This document shows positions 51,897-64,000 of a stretch of DNA of 64,000 bases, one piece after another. How positions within the stretch are numbered: the stretch's first letter is position 1; each line of letters begins with the position of its first letter. Below the pieces are notes generated by a model. The model worked only from the letters and a program-made list of their open reading frames with translations. It searched no databases and had not been told where the DNA came from. The DNA is from Lama guanicoe (taxonomy: Eukaryota), in the NCBI GenBank assembly GCA_013239625.1, contig MU053652.1, forward strand, positions 186,001 through 250,000. The letters are read 5' to 3'. The position numbers were made by a program, and so were the translations under genes.

Positions 51897-52759
51897 TCCT
51901 CTCTCCCATCATGCTACCCAACTCTACTCAAAGTTCAGAGCATCAGTAAATCCTCAGAGATCTACAGTTTCAACATTGTCACAGGAAGTTAATTAACTGA
52001 CTATAATCTGGAGTCTCTAGTTTGTGGTAAGGTGGACAGACTCGGGTGGACCATTTAGAGGGGCCTGTTATTTTCCATCATCAAATTTATGACAGGAAAT
52101 CCAAAGTGTTACAATAAAACTCAGAAATAAAGGAAGGCATTACTGATTTTTTAAATTGTCCTATTCATTATGACACATCACCCTCATAAAATATCCCTTC
52201 ACTGTGGCAGACTTTTAAAATAACATTTTAAAATGATATTAATACTTAAAAATCATAAAATGCTCATTGTTGAAAATATGGAAAAGAACAAGGAAAATTA
52301 AAGTTGCCCATAATCCCATCACCAGAAGATAATAATTGATAATATTTTGGTGTGTTTCTTTTTAGTGTTTTCTTTTCTATACATATACATGAATATTTTT
52401 AAACCTGCATTATGCTGGATATACATTTGCATCTGACTTATAGCACGTCATTTATATTATAAGCATTAATTTGTATTTAACTCAACAATTTATCTAAAGT
52501 TTGTTTTAATCTATAGAGTGACATGAGATACTTAATTGTATCTAGAGCACCAGTGTTTCCCATTTATTGAATATTTCATCAAATTCTCATGGATTTTTAA
52601 TAGCTTTTTTTTAGGATATAAAAATAAAACATACATATTCCATGCAGATGACTTAGAAGTTACAGAAAAAAGATAAAAAATAAAAAAATTCTAGAGAATA
52701 CCCACTGCTAATATTTTGGTGTGCTTCGTTCCAATCACATCTCTTGTCTATTACGTTGC

Positions 52760-53060
52760 CATGCATTCAGAGAGACCAAACCCACAGACCCCTTCTGAAG
52801 AGTTTTCTACCTGCCTCTCTGTCACTGCTCTGGACACAGATGACTGGATAAAGGGTGGGTACTTGACCTAAGGGCAACCAATCTATAGACCAGCCTGTTA
52901 ACTACAAGAGCTCTCCCCAAGAGTGATACCCATACTAGATGGTGATTGACCCAACCAGCCAGATCTTTGCTTGGGAAGTTTGGGATCAAGACCTACAGAA
53001 AGTCAGTGGTAGTGGCAGGCACAGCTGAAGCAGAAACAGAATGTAGTGGCACGCCCACAA
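52760..53060 (+). mobile_element. Old ERVL LTR fragment (LTR33/LTR16-like)
   Basis: gatgactggataaagggtgggtacttgacctaagggcaaccaatc motif. Confidence 0.45.
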
Positions 53061-53229
53061 ATGCCAAGCTCTCAAATCAGTGGCGGGGGTTCTGCTGTGG
53101 TCTGTACGAGGTTATCAGCTTACACAGATTCAGGTTTTGAATCACACGTCGGCATGTTAAGCATTGGAACCCAGGAAATAGCCTTTTATAAATTGGGCAT
53201 CAGCTGGGAAGCATTCTGAAATACAGCAC

Positions 53230-53600
53230 TGTACTAATCAAAGATGATGATTGCAAATTACAGATGCCAACTGTGTCTGGTTAATTTAAATATCAAAAAG
53301 GGAGTTACTGAAAAGCTACTGGGTAGTTTATACACTTAATAGAAAACTAGAGAACCATGTTTTAAAACTGGGCAGGAACACAGTAAGGTTGGTACATGCC
53401 AAGAACACACCCAAGTTGCGATGCAGGGAAAGACTGGTAGACATCGCTGCTTGCACTCCACAATGGATTCTTGACTCTTCTACCACTTGAATGATCTCTT
53501 AACTGCCCTGCATCATTGGTTGTGTCACTCTCTCAAGATTCAGAGTCCCAGAGAGAAGCTTCCTAGGTTCCAGTTAACTTAGGTTGAGGCCAGGTTAACC
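53230..53600 (-). mobile_element. Old MaLR LTR fragment (MLT1L/N-like)
   Basis: gattgcaaattacagatgccaact...gggagttactgaaaagctactgggtagtt. Confidence 0.35.
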
Positions 53601-55149
53601 TAGAGGGCCAGGATCCACTCTGCTCAAATTCCATCGTGGGAGATGGGTCCTTGCTTCCCAGTTTTAGGACTTCTCTGAAGCTTAGGGAGGAGTGCCTTCT
53701 CTTAATTAACCAGAAGAAAATACTGATTCTATCCAACAAAACTCAACTCACCTCTTTTCAGGAGGTCCAAAGGGAGTTTTAAAATAATCTTCACAAAGCT
53801 CAAAACTTTTCTTTAGTTCTAAAGCTGCAAAATAATGTAGACTACAGATGGTGGGTGCTGGTACTAGACCCCTGAAATTAGAAATTTAAAAAAAAATTCA
53901 AAGAATTTTATAATGGTGCAAAGCAAATACACATGTAATACCTAAATACTGACTTTTACATCGCAAGTAAATGCAAGTGCCAATAAAATCTATTTGACAT
54001 AATGTAACATATGCATTTATAAACGTTCATGTTAGAGCCAGTCTTAGAGTCTGGCATTACTGCATTCTAATTTGTAGATTAAGCAAATTTGTATTTTGGG
54101 GAATATTCCTTATCCATTAAGACATTAATAGAGGCAAATTACCTTCCTACTGATTTGTATGTATTCTATTGTAAACCCTCATCCATTTGTTACATGAAGT
54201 CCAGCAATAGATCAACTGCTATAAAAATTGAAATAGATGTCTTCCAATTTTGTTTATGATCTAAGGCTTTAAAATACCAAAATAAAATATTTCTAAAAAT
54301 TCTCATATTGTACTTTCAACCGAACTTTAGTATAAAATACCCTTTTTTCATCTATGCTTGCCTGTTTCCCCAGAGTGACTTGAGAGAATCATTAACTATT
54401 TTTAGAGAATAAATCCTACTGCTGTTCACCCTAGACTTGCTAAATAGAGGAGCTATGTGCAAAGTCGCCCGACTGCATATAAATGCATGCAAATTCAAGG
54501 TATCGTTCTGCCCTAGTATGACCCACTTGGAGCACGCATTTAAAATGGCTTTGTGTCTCTGTCCACAGTGTTTTAAAAGGCACGGTCACTGTGCTGGTCA
54601 GAGGTTGCACAGGCTCCAGCTTTAGCTGCTCGAGGGGACACCGCCCATTTCCTGCCACCACCTTTCCAACCCCTCAGTGGAACTTTGCATATTCCACACA
54701 GCCTGTCTTTTGAATCAGACTTATCAATGTGGGGGAATTTTTTTGATACATGACAGACAAGACAAAGCTGAATTTTATTTATATTGGTTAAAGATTTTGA
54801 ACAGATAGCTTAAAATGACAGACAATAAAGGGGAGTAAAATTGAAAAGAACTTTTAAATGGCTTTTTTATTCCATTTCCTTGAATCACTGCATGTTAAAA
54901 AGCTCTTTAAAACACTATCATTAAGGTCTTGTCAGTGCTCTTAGTAACTTTCTGAAAACGGGGACTTGACTTTATTGCTCATATTTTCCAAAAGGTCACA
55001 CAGAAAAGAGAATTCAGAACACTGAAGCCTATGACATTAATGAGAAAATAAAATGCGAACATTTCATAAACATCTTGGTTATTCATTTTGAGTACATCTT
55101 AAAGCCTAAATGTGCCTTTTCACATGTAATAATTAATAGTACAATAATT

Positions 55150-55380
55150 ATTACAGCCGCTAATATCTAGGAAGCCTTTACTATGCATCAGGGACAAAGA
55201 GAAACATTTCACATTAAGGACTAAGAATTCATGGATTAATAAAGATACAATGGTCTCCATCCTCATGGAATTTAAAGTTTAATATGGAAAGAAGACATTA
55301 AACAAATGATCCCACAAATCATCAATCACTATTGTTTTGAGATTCATGAGGGACAAGAACAGGCTATTGAACAGGATATA
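55150..55380 (-). mobile_element. L2 fragment
   Basis: actatgcatcagg...atggtctccatcctcatggaatttaaagtttaat...gacattaaacaa. Confidence 0.55.
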
Positions 55381-56859
55381 ATTAACCTTCAGTCATCAAA
55401 GCCTTGGTGAAGGCCAATGCTGATATTCAAACACCACCAGAAATATCAGTCTTTGCAGGCTTCAGAGACTGCAAAAAATAATCAGTTTCTAATAACTATT
55501 AGCATATTGTGCCTTTAAAAATATATATAAATGAAAGGGAAATACAACTTCTAGAACTAGGTTTATTACTGAATCACTGGGTCCATTTTAGCACAAAGGT
55601 CCCCGTTTATGTTGATGATTTAGGATTCATTTAGTATATCTGGATACTAGAAAATCGATCTAAAGATGCCCAGGTATAAATAAATGTGAGAAATCGCTAC
55701 CTTTGAAATAGAAGTGTATGACGAGGCGGTGTCTTTCCCATTAGAGCCTGCCGGGCTACCTCATACTGTCTCACCACAGACTCTCTTTCCTAGGCAAGAA
55801 ATAGGATCTAAAATTATATTGATGTTCAAAAATGTCAGATGATTAAAACAGCTATAGTCATTCTCTTCTTGCTAGAGATTGCCAAATGTGTGGAAAGGAA
55901 AAGGGGAAAAGAAATGGGCCTAAAATAGAATCAATATTTGTTCAGTGGAAAGAAAGAACAATTTATTAATAAAATGAAAAATATTTTATGAAGACTGCAA
56001 TTTAGTATGTAAACTTCATTTGACATCTAAATAATACTATGACAATTTTTAGTTACATTTTAAAAATCTTTCTAATGAGATGATCTCCCAAGGATATAGA
56101 TTATTATTGTCTTTTTAGTTTTACCAGATCTCAGCACATATATAGTAACTAACTGGTTGGCTATATCCACCCATGTTAGGTATGATCCTGAAACAGGACA
56201 GATTGGGAGGTCTTTCTTTGGTATTTCACCAACATCCCATCACCATCACTAAGTACTTGGTAAGTATTGGATGATGGAGATACAAAGATATAAAAAAAAT
56301 AGTCTCTACATGCAAAAGGTTTATAACCTGGTGCCAAAAGACATCTAAAAAGACGGGAAGGAAAAACAGACTGTATTATACATACACATGCTGTTGAGAA
56401 ACTCTAGGTCAAGCTTTTGAAACTGTTCCTCAGACAAATGACATGAGGGCTGACAAGGGGACTCACTGAACACAGCCTCTCAGGTGGATATGTGATTGCC
56501 AAGACCACTTTATGGTTCCCCTGACCATTAGCTCTGCAGTTTGGTGTAAGCACAATGAGGAGGAAGTATCTGCTGGTGGGAGGGAGGGGATTTATAATGG
56601 TACAAGAAAGGAATAAACAAACTCTACTTAAATTTCATCATTTAAAAACTATGTTTAAATAGCTCCATAAATACATCTAAATTGTTTCATGTTACCATAA
56701 AATGACTATACATCAGCCAAATCTGCAGTCTTACTCTCATGTTGATTTGTTATTATTCTTCCTTGTCACTTTATACTAGTATATACATTTTCTATCATGA
56801 TTTTACTATATACCATCCTTATTTTTTTCCTATCTTGATCCTTGATTTAAATTATATTG

Positions 56860-58766
56860 TGACTGGGAAGATGACAAGGGTAGTGGAAGCACAGTTTTTG
56901 GACTTCCCAGAATTTCCACATAAAAATAGATATAGCAACTAAATTGCAAAATAGAAACATATGAAAACATTTACAAGAAAACCAGGTAAGCCAGGTGACA
57001 AGCTCTCCTCAACCCCCCCCAACACAGGTGATAACAGCCACAATACCTGCATGGATCAGCGTCCACGCAAGAGGAAGCCGAAGGAAGCAACAGGGCGACT
57101 CAAAGACCTGAGAACAGAAGAAGCTCAAAATAGCTCAGAAGTAGTCACTGGAAAGCAAAGCAGGACAATCCGGGAATCTAGCTGAAACCTAGGAGGGGCT
57201 GTTCCCATTCTCATAGTGGCTAAGAACAAGGGGTCCATGGTAAGTTCTGAAGGAGCTGAATCAACAATGAATTCTTGAAACTAATCCACTATAGGGCTCC
57301 CTTCTAAGAGAAGGTTCTACAAAAAAAAAAAAAAAAAAAAAAAAAAGTAAGGAAAAAAAAAAAAAAAAAAAAAAAAAGGAAGTAAGGACTAAAAATTCCT
57401 GGGGGGAGGGCAACAGAGCCAGGACATCTCAGGAAGGAAACTGCCATGCATTTAACACTATTTGAAAAACCATCTTCCTTCTAAAAGTTTGAGAAAACAA
57501 ATTTCACATAAAAATGAGAAATTTTCTAGTCAAATCCCATACAAAGTTATTATAAGAAGTAAGAGGAAAAGGGGTAGAATAATACTTCTATACACAATGA
57601 AAGGAAAACAGATAAAATCCATAACCTACTATTTCAAAATAAACTAAAAGACACTAAGAAAATGACACAAAACATTACGGAATAAATTACAATTTTACAA
57701 ACTCACAAATGAGGTGACAGAACTCAGGAAAGAATTAAAATTTAAGAAAAAACTCACTTAGGAAGTGAAAACTAAAATAGAAGGAATACAAGAGTGAATA
57801 TACACAACAAATAATAATAAGAGAAATAGAAAATATATAAATTAAAAAATGTAACTCAAAAAGAAGTCAAGAAAGAGGTAAAACGATTGAAGAGGTGACA
57901 AACATTTAAGATAGACAAAGAAGATCCAACATATCAACATTAAGAGCTCTTGATAAAGTAAACCAAAACAAATAGACAGGATAGATGATAAAAACTACAA
58001 TTCAAGTGTAAAGTATAATAGACTGTTACCAACAGGCAAGAATGCAGGAAATATTTTCCCCATAGTGCTTTCTGTATCTAGTAGAGAGTAAGCTTAGGCA
58101 ATAAAACAACTAGACAGATACTGACCTAATGATGAATATTATGTATGAATATATTTGAAAACTAAGACAAAATGAGAGTTAAAAGGGAGAAAGTATATGA
58201 CAATAAGTTCTGATAATACAGCTATAATATAATCAATAATGGGAGAAAACATTTGCAAAAAACTTTTTAATAAACTATTTTCAGTTTTTATAATAGGTGC
58301 TGGTAGTATTTAGTATTGTTATTCTGATAATCTTCTGTGTGTAATGTGGATAAACAAATGAGTAATACAGTAAGAAACTGGGATTCCATCATCTCCCATG
58401 CCTTTGAGAAGCGGGATTTTCAGTGTGGAAGAAAATAACGTAATAGAGGAAAAAGCAAAGTAAAAATCCTGAAGTCGTGAATCTGAATTGGAAAATATTA
58501 ACTTGAATCCATGAAATATTTTCTCTAGCCACAGAAAAGGCCTAGAAGCAATGGCCATTCCAATAGCAATAAGCATTTCTAGCAACCATGTTGTATTCTT
58601 GTACTACCATCTCCTATTTAAAGAAACCAAGACTTCTTGGGGAAAAGACTGATTCCAGGACTAGGATAGGTAATGAAAAAAGAGCATAGACTACATTGTT
58701 ATATCAACTAGCAAGATGGCTATCAAAGACTACATGGGTCATGTTAAAAGGACACAAGAGCCAACT
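56860..58766 (+). mobile_element. Old L1 remnants (5'UTR/ORF1 followed by L1MC-like 3' sequence)
   Basis: aagatgac-type start, A-rich ORF1-like segment (gaagatagacaaagaagatccaacata), L1MC-like 3' motifs (ctgattccagga, gtcatgttaaaaggaca). Confidence 0.6.
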
Positions 58767-59837
58767 TCTATATTGCTTTATAATTTTCAAAAGATTCACA
58801 CACCTGATTTCACATAATCCCCAAATAACTCTTTTTCCTCTACTCCTATGCTACCCCTACCCTGCTTCGCTCTCCCAACTGGTAACCACTAGTTTGTTCT
58901 CTATATCTGTGAGTCTGCTTCTTTTTTGATTTATTCACTAGTCTCTTGTATTTGTTAGGTTCCACATATAAGTGATATCATAGTGTTTGTCTTTCTCTGT
59001 CTGACTTATTTTACTTAGCAAAATGCTCTCCAAGTCCATGCATGTTGTTGTAAATGGCATTATTTCATTCTTTTTTATGGCTGATTTTTTAGTTATTCAT
59101 TACATATATAAACCACATCTTTATCCATTCATCTGTTGATGGACATTTAGGTTGCTTCCATATCTTGGCAAATGTAAATAATCCTGTTATAAACATTGGG
59201 GTGCATGTACCCTTTTGAATTAGTGCTTTTATTTTTCTCAGATATATACCCAGGAGTGGAATTGCTAGGTCATATGGTAGTTCTATTTTTAAAGGCATCC
59301 CTTTATAGTATTATTCTAGGTAATAAATGTGGTACTGAACACCATGCCCTGAAAAACACACTGAGTAGAAGAAAGCACTTGTCCTTTGGAGTCAACATAG
59401 ACACTTCTAAGCTGTGTAACTATGAACAAGCTCGCTGAGCTGACCTGCCTCATAGTGTTGAAAGGAAACTGTGCTTAGTAGATGTAGGGCTCAGTATTTT
59501 GTTATCACAAGTCCAGTTTCTCACCAGACTTCATATTTTTGGGTACTTTATAGGATTTACAGGATTGTACTGGCCTTCTCTGCCACATGCATCCATTTGT
59601 TAAGTTGGCTTTGAATGAATTGGTCATTCAGCAATTTTTTTTTCAGCAATTTTTTTTCCCTGGAGAATTGACTTTTAGTAACTTGGCCTGCCTCAGGAGT
59701 AAGGGTCTCCCCTAAGGAGGTCAGAGAGAAAAGACTGATTCCAGGTCTAGGACAGGTAATGAACAAAAGAACACAGAATACATTGTTATACCAACCAGCA
59801 AGGTGGCTATCAAAGACTACATGGGTCATGTTAAAAG
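58642..59837 (+). repeat. Dispersed ~110-bp direct duplication (58642-58750 and 59728-59837)
   Basis: Hand alignment gives 9 differences over ~110 bp; both copies translate ARWLSKTTWVMLK in the ORF track. Confidence 0.92.
58830..59293 (-). mobile_element. L1 late-ORF2/3'UTR fragment lacking poly(A)
   Basis: ORF 59089-59298 [17 protein letters not shown]...WKQPKCPSTDEWIK. Confidence 0.9.
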
Positions 59838-60897
59838 CCAATGTAGCCTTCCTCCAGGCTGGACAAACAGATACAACTGAAGTTCTGAAAATCAAGCTTT
59901 CCCTAGAAGGCAAAAACCTAGTCACAATTTCAGAGCAAAAAATCTTCACTAAGCCATCGTAACCTTCGTGTGTGTTTTCCAGGGAGCCAATCATGCGAAA
60001 CGGGGTTGCCTCCGGCAAGGGAAATGGAAGCACAGTGATATCTGACAAGTAAAACATGCGGAATTACATTTCTGTAATCACTGGTATGTGTGAGGGTTGT
60101 ACAAATAAAAACCTATCACTAGATAGTGTTTATTATATACTTTTTGCAGCAGTAAGAAAAGAGCACTGCATTTTTTAAAACTCAAACCTAAAAAAGAAAA
60201 TTGTCAGTGTTTAAGAAGTAAGGGTGATTAAAATTATATTTATAGTTCTCCAAGAATCTTTTAGATATGTTCAAATAAATGTGCTTTGGGAGTCATTTGG
60301 AAAAGTAAATACCATTTAGGCTATAAAGAGAGAAAAAGATAAAGCAACAAAGGATTATATAAACAAGGGATGAGGAAATGAAGAAACTGACTATTTTAAT
60401 TCATATTAAATTATGGTCATATTCATAGAAAGCCTTTTGTATTGATAAACTATTGGAGAAACAAGCAAGAAAAGCAATGTTAGCAGATACTATACAGACT
60501 TGAAGAGCAAAGACTACCATTCTTGGATATCTCTTCCAAACAAAGACAAATCGGTAGGGACCTAGAGCAAATCCCCAGAGACCTTAGAGATGAGGGAAAA
60601 AACCAGCTGCCAGTAGTACTGAGGATCTCCATCTCCATTAGCCCATTTCCTACCCAAAGAAAGAAGGCAGTAGTAGAAGGGCTAGAGATACACTGACTTC
60701 ACCCTACCGAGGAGAGGAGAGCAGAGGGTTCCATAGACTATACGTTCCATAAGCGCAGGGGCCAGGCCCACCTTGTTCAGTGTCTAGAACAGGGTCTGGT
60801 CAGAAAATACTTGGTCTACACTGAAAAGTAAATCCAGATCCTACATACATGGGTAGGAATTCAGCAAATTTAGGACAGGTAGACAGATGAATGAGTG

Positions 60898-60963
60898 AGA
60901 AGAAGGGGAAGGAGAAGGAGAAGGAGAAGGAGATGGGAAGGGAAGGGAAGAAAGGGAAGGGAG
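60898..60963. repeat. Purine-rich (GAAGGA)n/(GGGAA)n repeat after an L2 3' tail
   Basis: gaaggagaaggagaaggagaaggag...gggaagggaagggaag. Confidence 0.85.
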
Positions 60964-61459
60964 CCTTTTGCATATGGGTTTGGAGAGGGTGGCTGAGAAC
61001 AAAGGCCCTTCCTAGGCTTGCTAAACTAACAAAGCCGTAGTGAACTCATCCTCCAATGAACTGCCACACAGACCATGGGCACTACTACTTCCACACATGG
61101 CTGCACCTCCCTTAACTCATTATTTTACTTTTCTCAGATTTGCACCCACGAGACAGGAAGCTAAGTCTTGGCCGTTAAAGTTCCCACCCTGATCTGGTCT
61201 ATCACCGTGATCTGAATTTCTCACTATTTTCAGATTCTTCAGATTGATCATCTAGTTGGACTTTTGTCTGGTTTTGGTTTCAGCATCACCTTATAGAGTT
61301 CCCTTGATCTTTCAAGCTCTAGGAAATCCTGCCCAATCCTGGAATTGCTAAGTAACTCACTGAGGCTTGTCCAGCTAATGACACTCATTCCACTACACCA
61401 AATGCCCTGCTAAATTCCACAATTGCCAGCATCCCTCAAGTCCCTTAGGACCCTTTTCA

Positions 61460-63050
61460 ACAATTACCATCTTCTTCCCCCTCCAGAGATAAGTAATCCA
61501 CTGATTTTTATGGCAACCACTTTTTCTTTATACTTTTATTATCTTAACTTGCATCCCTAAACATTATAGTTTAGTGTTGCCTGGTTTTTAATTGTATTTT
61601 ACAAGTATCATAGAGCCTGTATTCTTTTGAGTCACAAATTCTTTGGTTCAACAGTATGTTTGAGAGATATATCCATGTGGTGAAGTTTGTTCATTTTTTA
61701 TCACTGTATATATTTTATTATAGGAGTATTCAAAATCGTGCTTGGCCCATCCACTGCTGATGGGCATTTGAGTTTCCAGTTTTGGAAACTATGCACAGTG
61801 CTACTATAAGCATTCTTGTGCATACCTGCTGGTGTGCATGGCTACCCATTTTTGGTGGGTTTATACTCAGGATTACCACTGCTGGGTCATGGAATGCATG
61901 TGTCTGCTCAACTTCAGCAGATAATGTTCAACTACTATCTACACTGTATGCACTGAACCTCCCACCAATTGCCTTATAAGGATTTCCATTGCTCCACATC
62001 TTGAGAGTCAGGTCACGACTTTAACAGTTCTAGTTTATCCATGATGGTATCTCACTGTGGTGATAATTTGCATTTTTCCTGAGTACGAGGTTGAATGTCT
62101 CTTCGCGTGATTATTGGTCATCTAGACATTATCTTTTGGGACTTTTCTATGGATTAGCTATATTTTCCTTAAAAATTTATAGGGGTTCTTTATATATTCT
62201 GGACACAGTACTTTGTCAGTTATACTTAATGCAAATATCTTCTCCCTCTGTGTGGTTTTTTCTCTTTAATGCTGCTTTTTGATTAATAGAAGTTCTTAAT
62301 TTGAATGTTCCTCAATGTTTGAAATTTTTCCTTTGTAGTTTAATACCTTTTAACTACATTTAAGAAATCTAGCCCCACCCCGAAGTCATCAAAACCTCAT
62401 ACATTGTCTTCTAAAAGTATTATTGCTGTGTCTTTCACATTTATACAATCTACCATAAGGTAACTTTTGTGTATGGTGTGAGATCAGGGTTAAGTTTAAA
62501 TTTTTCCATATTTCTATGGAATTGATGCAAAATATCATCATTTTCATACTGCTCAGCAGTGACACTCTTTTCATAAGTTAATTTTCCATACGTACATGGG
62601 CACGTTTCTGGCCTCTTATTCAGTCTATTAGCCTATTTTTGTGCCAATTTCAGCATTTCCATATAAATATTAAAACCTACTTATAAATCCCCACAAAAAA
62701 TTTTATGAGAGTTTGACTGGATTGCACTGAATCTATACATCTATTTGGGAAGAGCTGATATTTGTACAATACTGAGTCTTGGAACTATGAATGCGGTCTC
62801 TACCCCTTTACTTATTTAGATCTTTATTTTTTCTAAATAATATGTTTAGCACTTTTCCATGTAGAGATACTATACATCTTTCATTAGATTTATTCTTAAT
62901 ATTTGATAGTTTGGAATACTACTCAAAATATAAAGTTTTAAAAATATATTTCAGATTATTGCTATTGAAATGTAATTTATTTTTGTATATTGACATTGTA
63001 TCTAACAGCCTTGACAAATGTACTTATTACCTGCTACCAAATTTATACCA
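61460..63050 (-). mobile_element. Old L1 (L1ME-like) 3' region
   Basis: T-rich degenerate late ORF2/3'UTR (ctgatgggcatttgagtttccagttttg, ggattgcactgaatctata). Confidence 0.75.
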
Positions 63051-63199
63051 GTCATTTCTTTTTTATTGGTAATACAGTTGACATATAATGTTGTCTACGT
63101 TTAAGGCGTACAATAGCTGAGAGCCTGAACTCTTTCTGCCCTCATTGTCAAACATTATCTCAAAAATAATAAAACATTCATTTTGTGGTCCATGATATA

Positions 63200-63350
63200 T
63201 AAAGAAATTCCATATGCATCTGATCCAATACCATCGTAAGGTACTGTTACTAGCGCTACTTTACAGAAGAGAAAATGACATCTCATAGCAGATAAGTGGC
63301 TTTTGTAAGATCACCCAGTAGGCGGCAAGACTGTCACATGAACTCAGAGT
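63200..63350 (-). mobile_element. MIR fragment
   Basis: ttttacagaagagaaaatgac...aagtggcttttgtaagatcacccag. Confidence 0.5.
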
Positions 63351-64000
63351 TGCTGCATCTCCTCTTGGGTCAAGGAGTCAATTGTTAAATGTGGATAGAA
63401 GCAAGCCTAGACTGAAAATACACACAAACGCACACATAAATACACACTCACCCACCTAGTGAAGACACGTGCATATGTGACTACCCGGGAATAGGACCAG
63501 TTTCCATAAGACACAAAACCAACCCTATTATTTTATAATCATACCCTGACATGCACGTAGTTAGAAAGCACGCACAAGGAAAGAATGGGATCTTAGAACA
63601 GAGGGGTTAGGCTGAAAGGTCGCACATCCGCAGTGAGAGCGAGCTAGTTCTGAGCAGACGGGAGGACGCCGTCCTCAACAGAAGCAGAAAGGGTGCTTCA
63701 GAGAAACAGAACCAAAAAAGCACCGACGATGGGAATTTCTGCTTAGTCCATCATCTCAAATGGCTCTCCTGACAGTTTATAAAGGTAAATAGGAATACAT
63801 CAAATCTACAGTTAAGACGCTAAGAAAGCACAGACGTTCCTGCTTTTCTTCTTTGACAATTCACGATACAGGTTTTCTACAGAGGAAGTTGCAATTCCCT
63901 TTTTTTACCCACCAAAGAGTTCCAAAAACACATGGGAATTTATGCTGGGAAAGTAAAATGAGGAAAAACCACATCTCCTAAGGGCTGCAATGACGGGTAC

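Noticed and set aside
59557..60057. Longest ORF in the window (166 aa, minus strand)
   Set aside because: It crosses the duplicated L1-derived segment in antisense, has no recognisable domain and no supporting splice or promoter context; consistent with chance.
1..64000. CRISPR arrays, operons or other prokaryote-type systems
   Set aside because: The sequence is mammalian and repeat-rich, with no regularly spaced repeat-spacer array and no dense coding regions.

Overview
Mammalian non-coding DNA dominated by transposable elements, most likely camelid (alpaca/llama/camel). The taxonomic call rests on a tRNA-derived Vic-1-type SINE at 41.9 kb and artiodactyl-style L1s; I recognised no BovB/Bov-tA, PRE-1 or Alu. 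There is no intact protein-coding gene: the ORF-track entries are broken L1 ORF1/ORF2 pieces or look like chance ORFs. The first ~3.1 kb may be the last intron and last exon(s) of an unidentified + strand gene, with two same-phase acceptor-stop-AATAAA modules. The rest contains two decayed full-length L1s head-to-head (one with a nested L1), older L1/L2/CR1/MIR/MER/MLT fossils, an ERV1-like solo LTR and a young CpG-rich ERV-K-like solo LTR with a perfect 6-bp TSD. There are also two strong CTCF motifs in divergent orientation and several rearrangement scars. I found no tRNA/rRNA genes, no CRISPR and no convincing new multi-gene system. Repeat family names come from recalled consensus sequences, not from a database search, and boundaries of old repeats are approximate.
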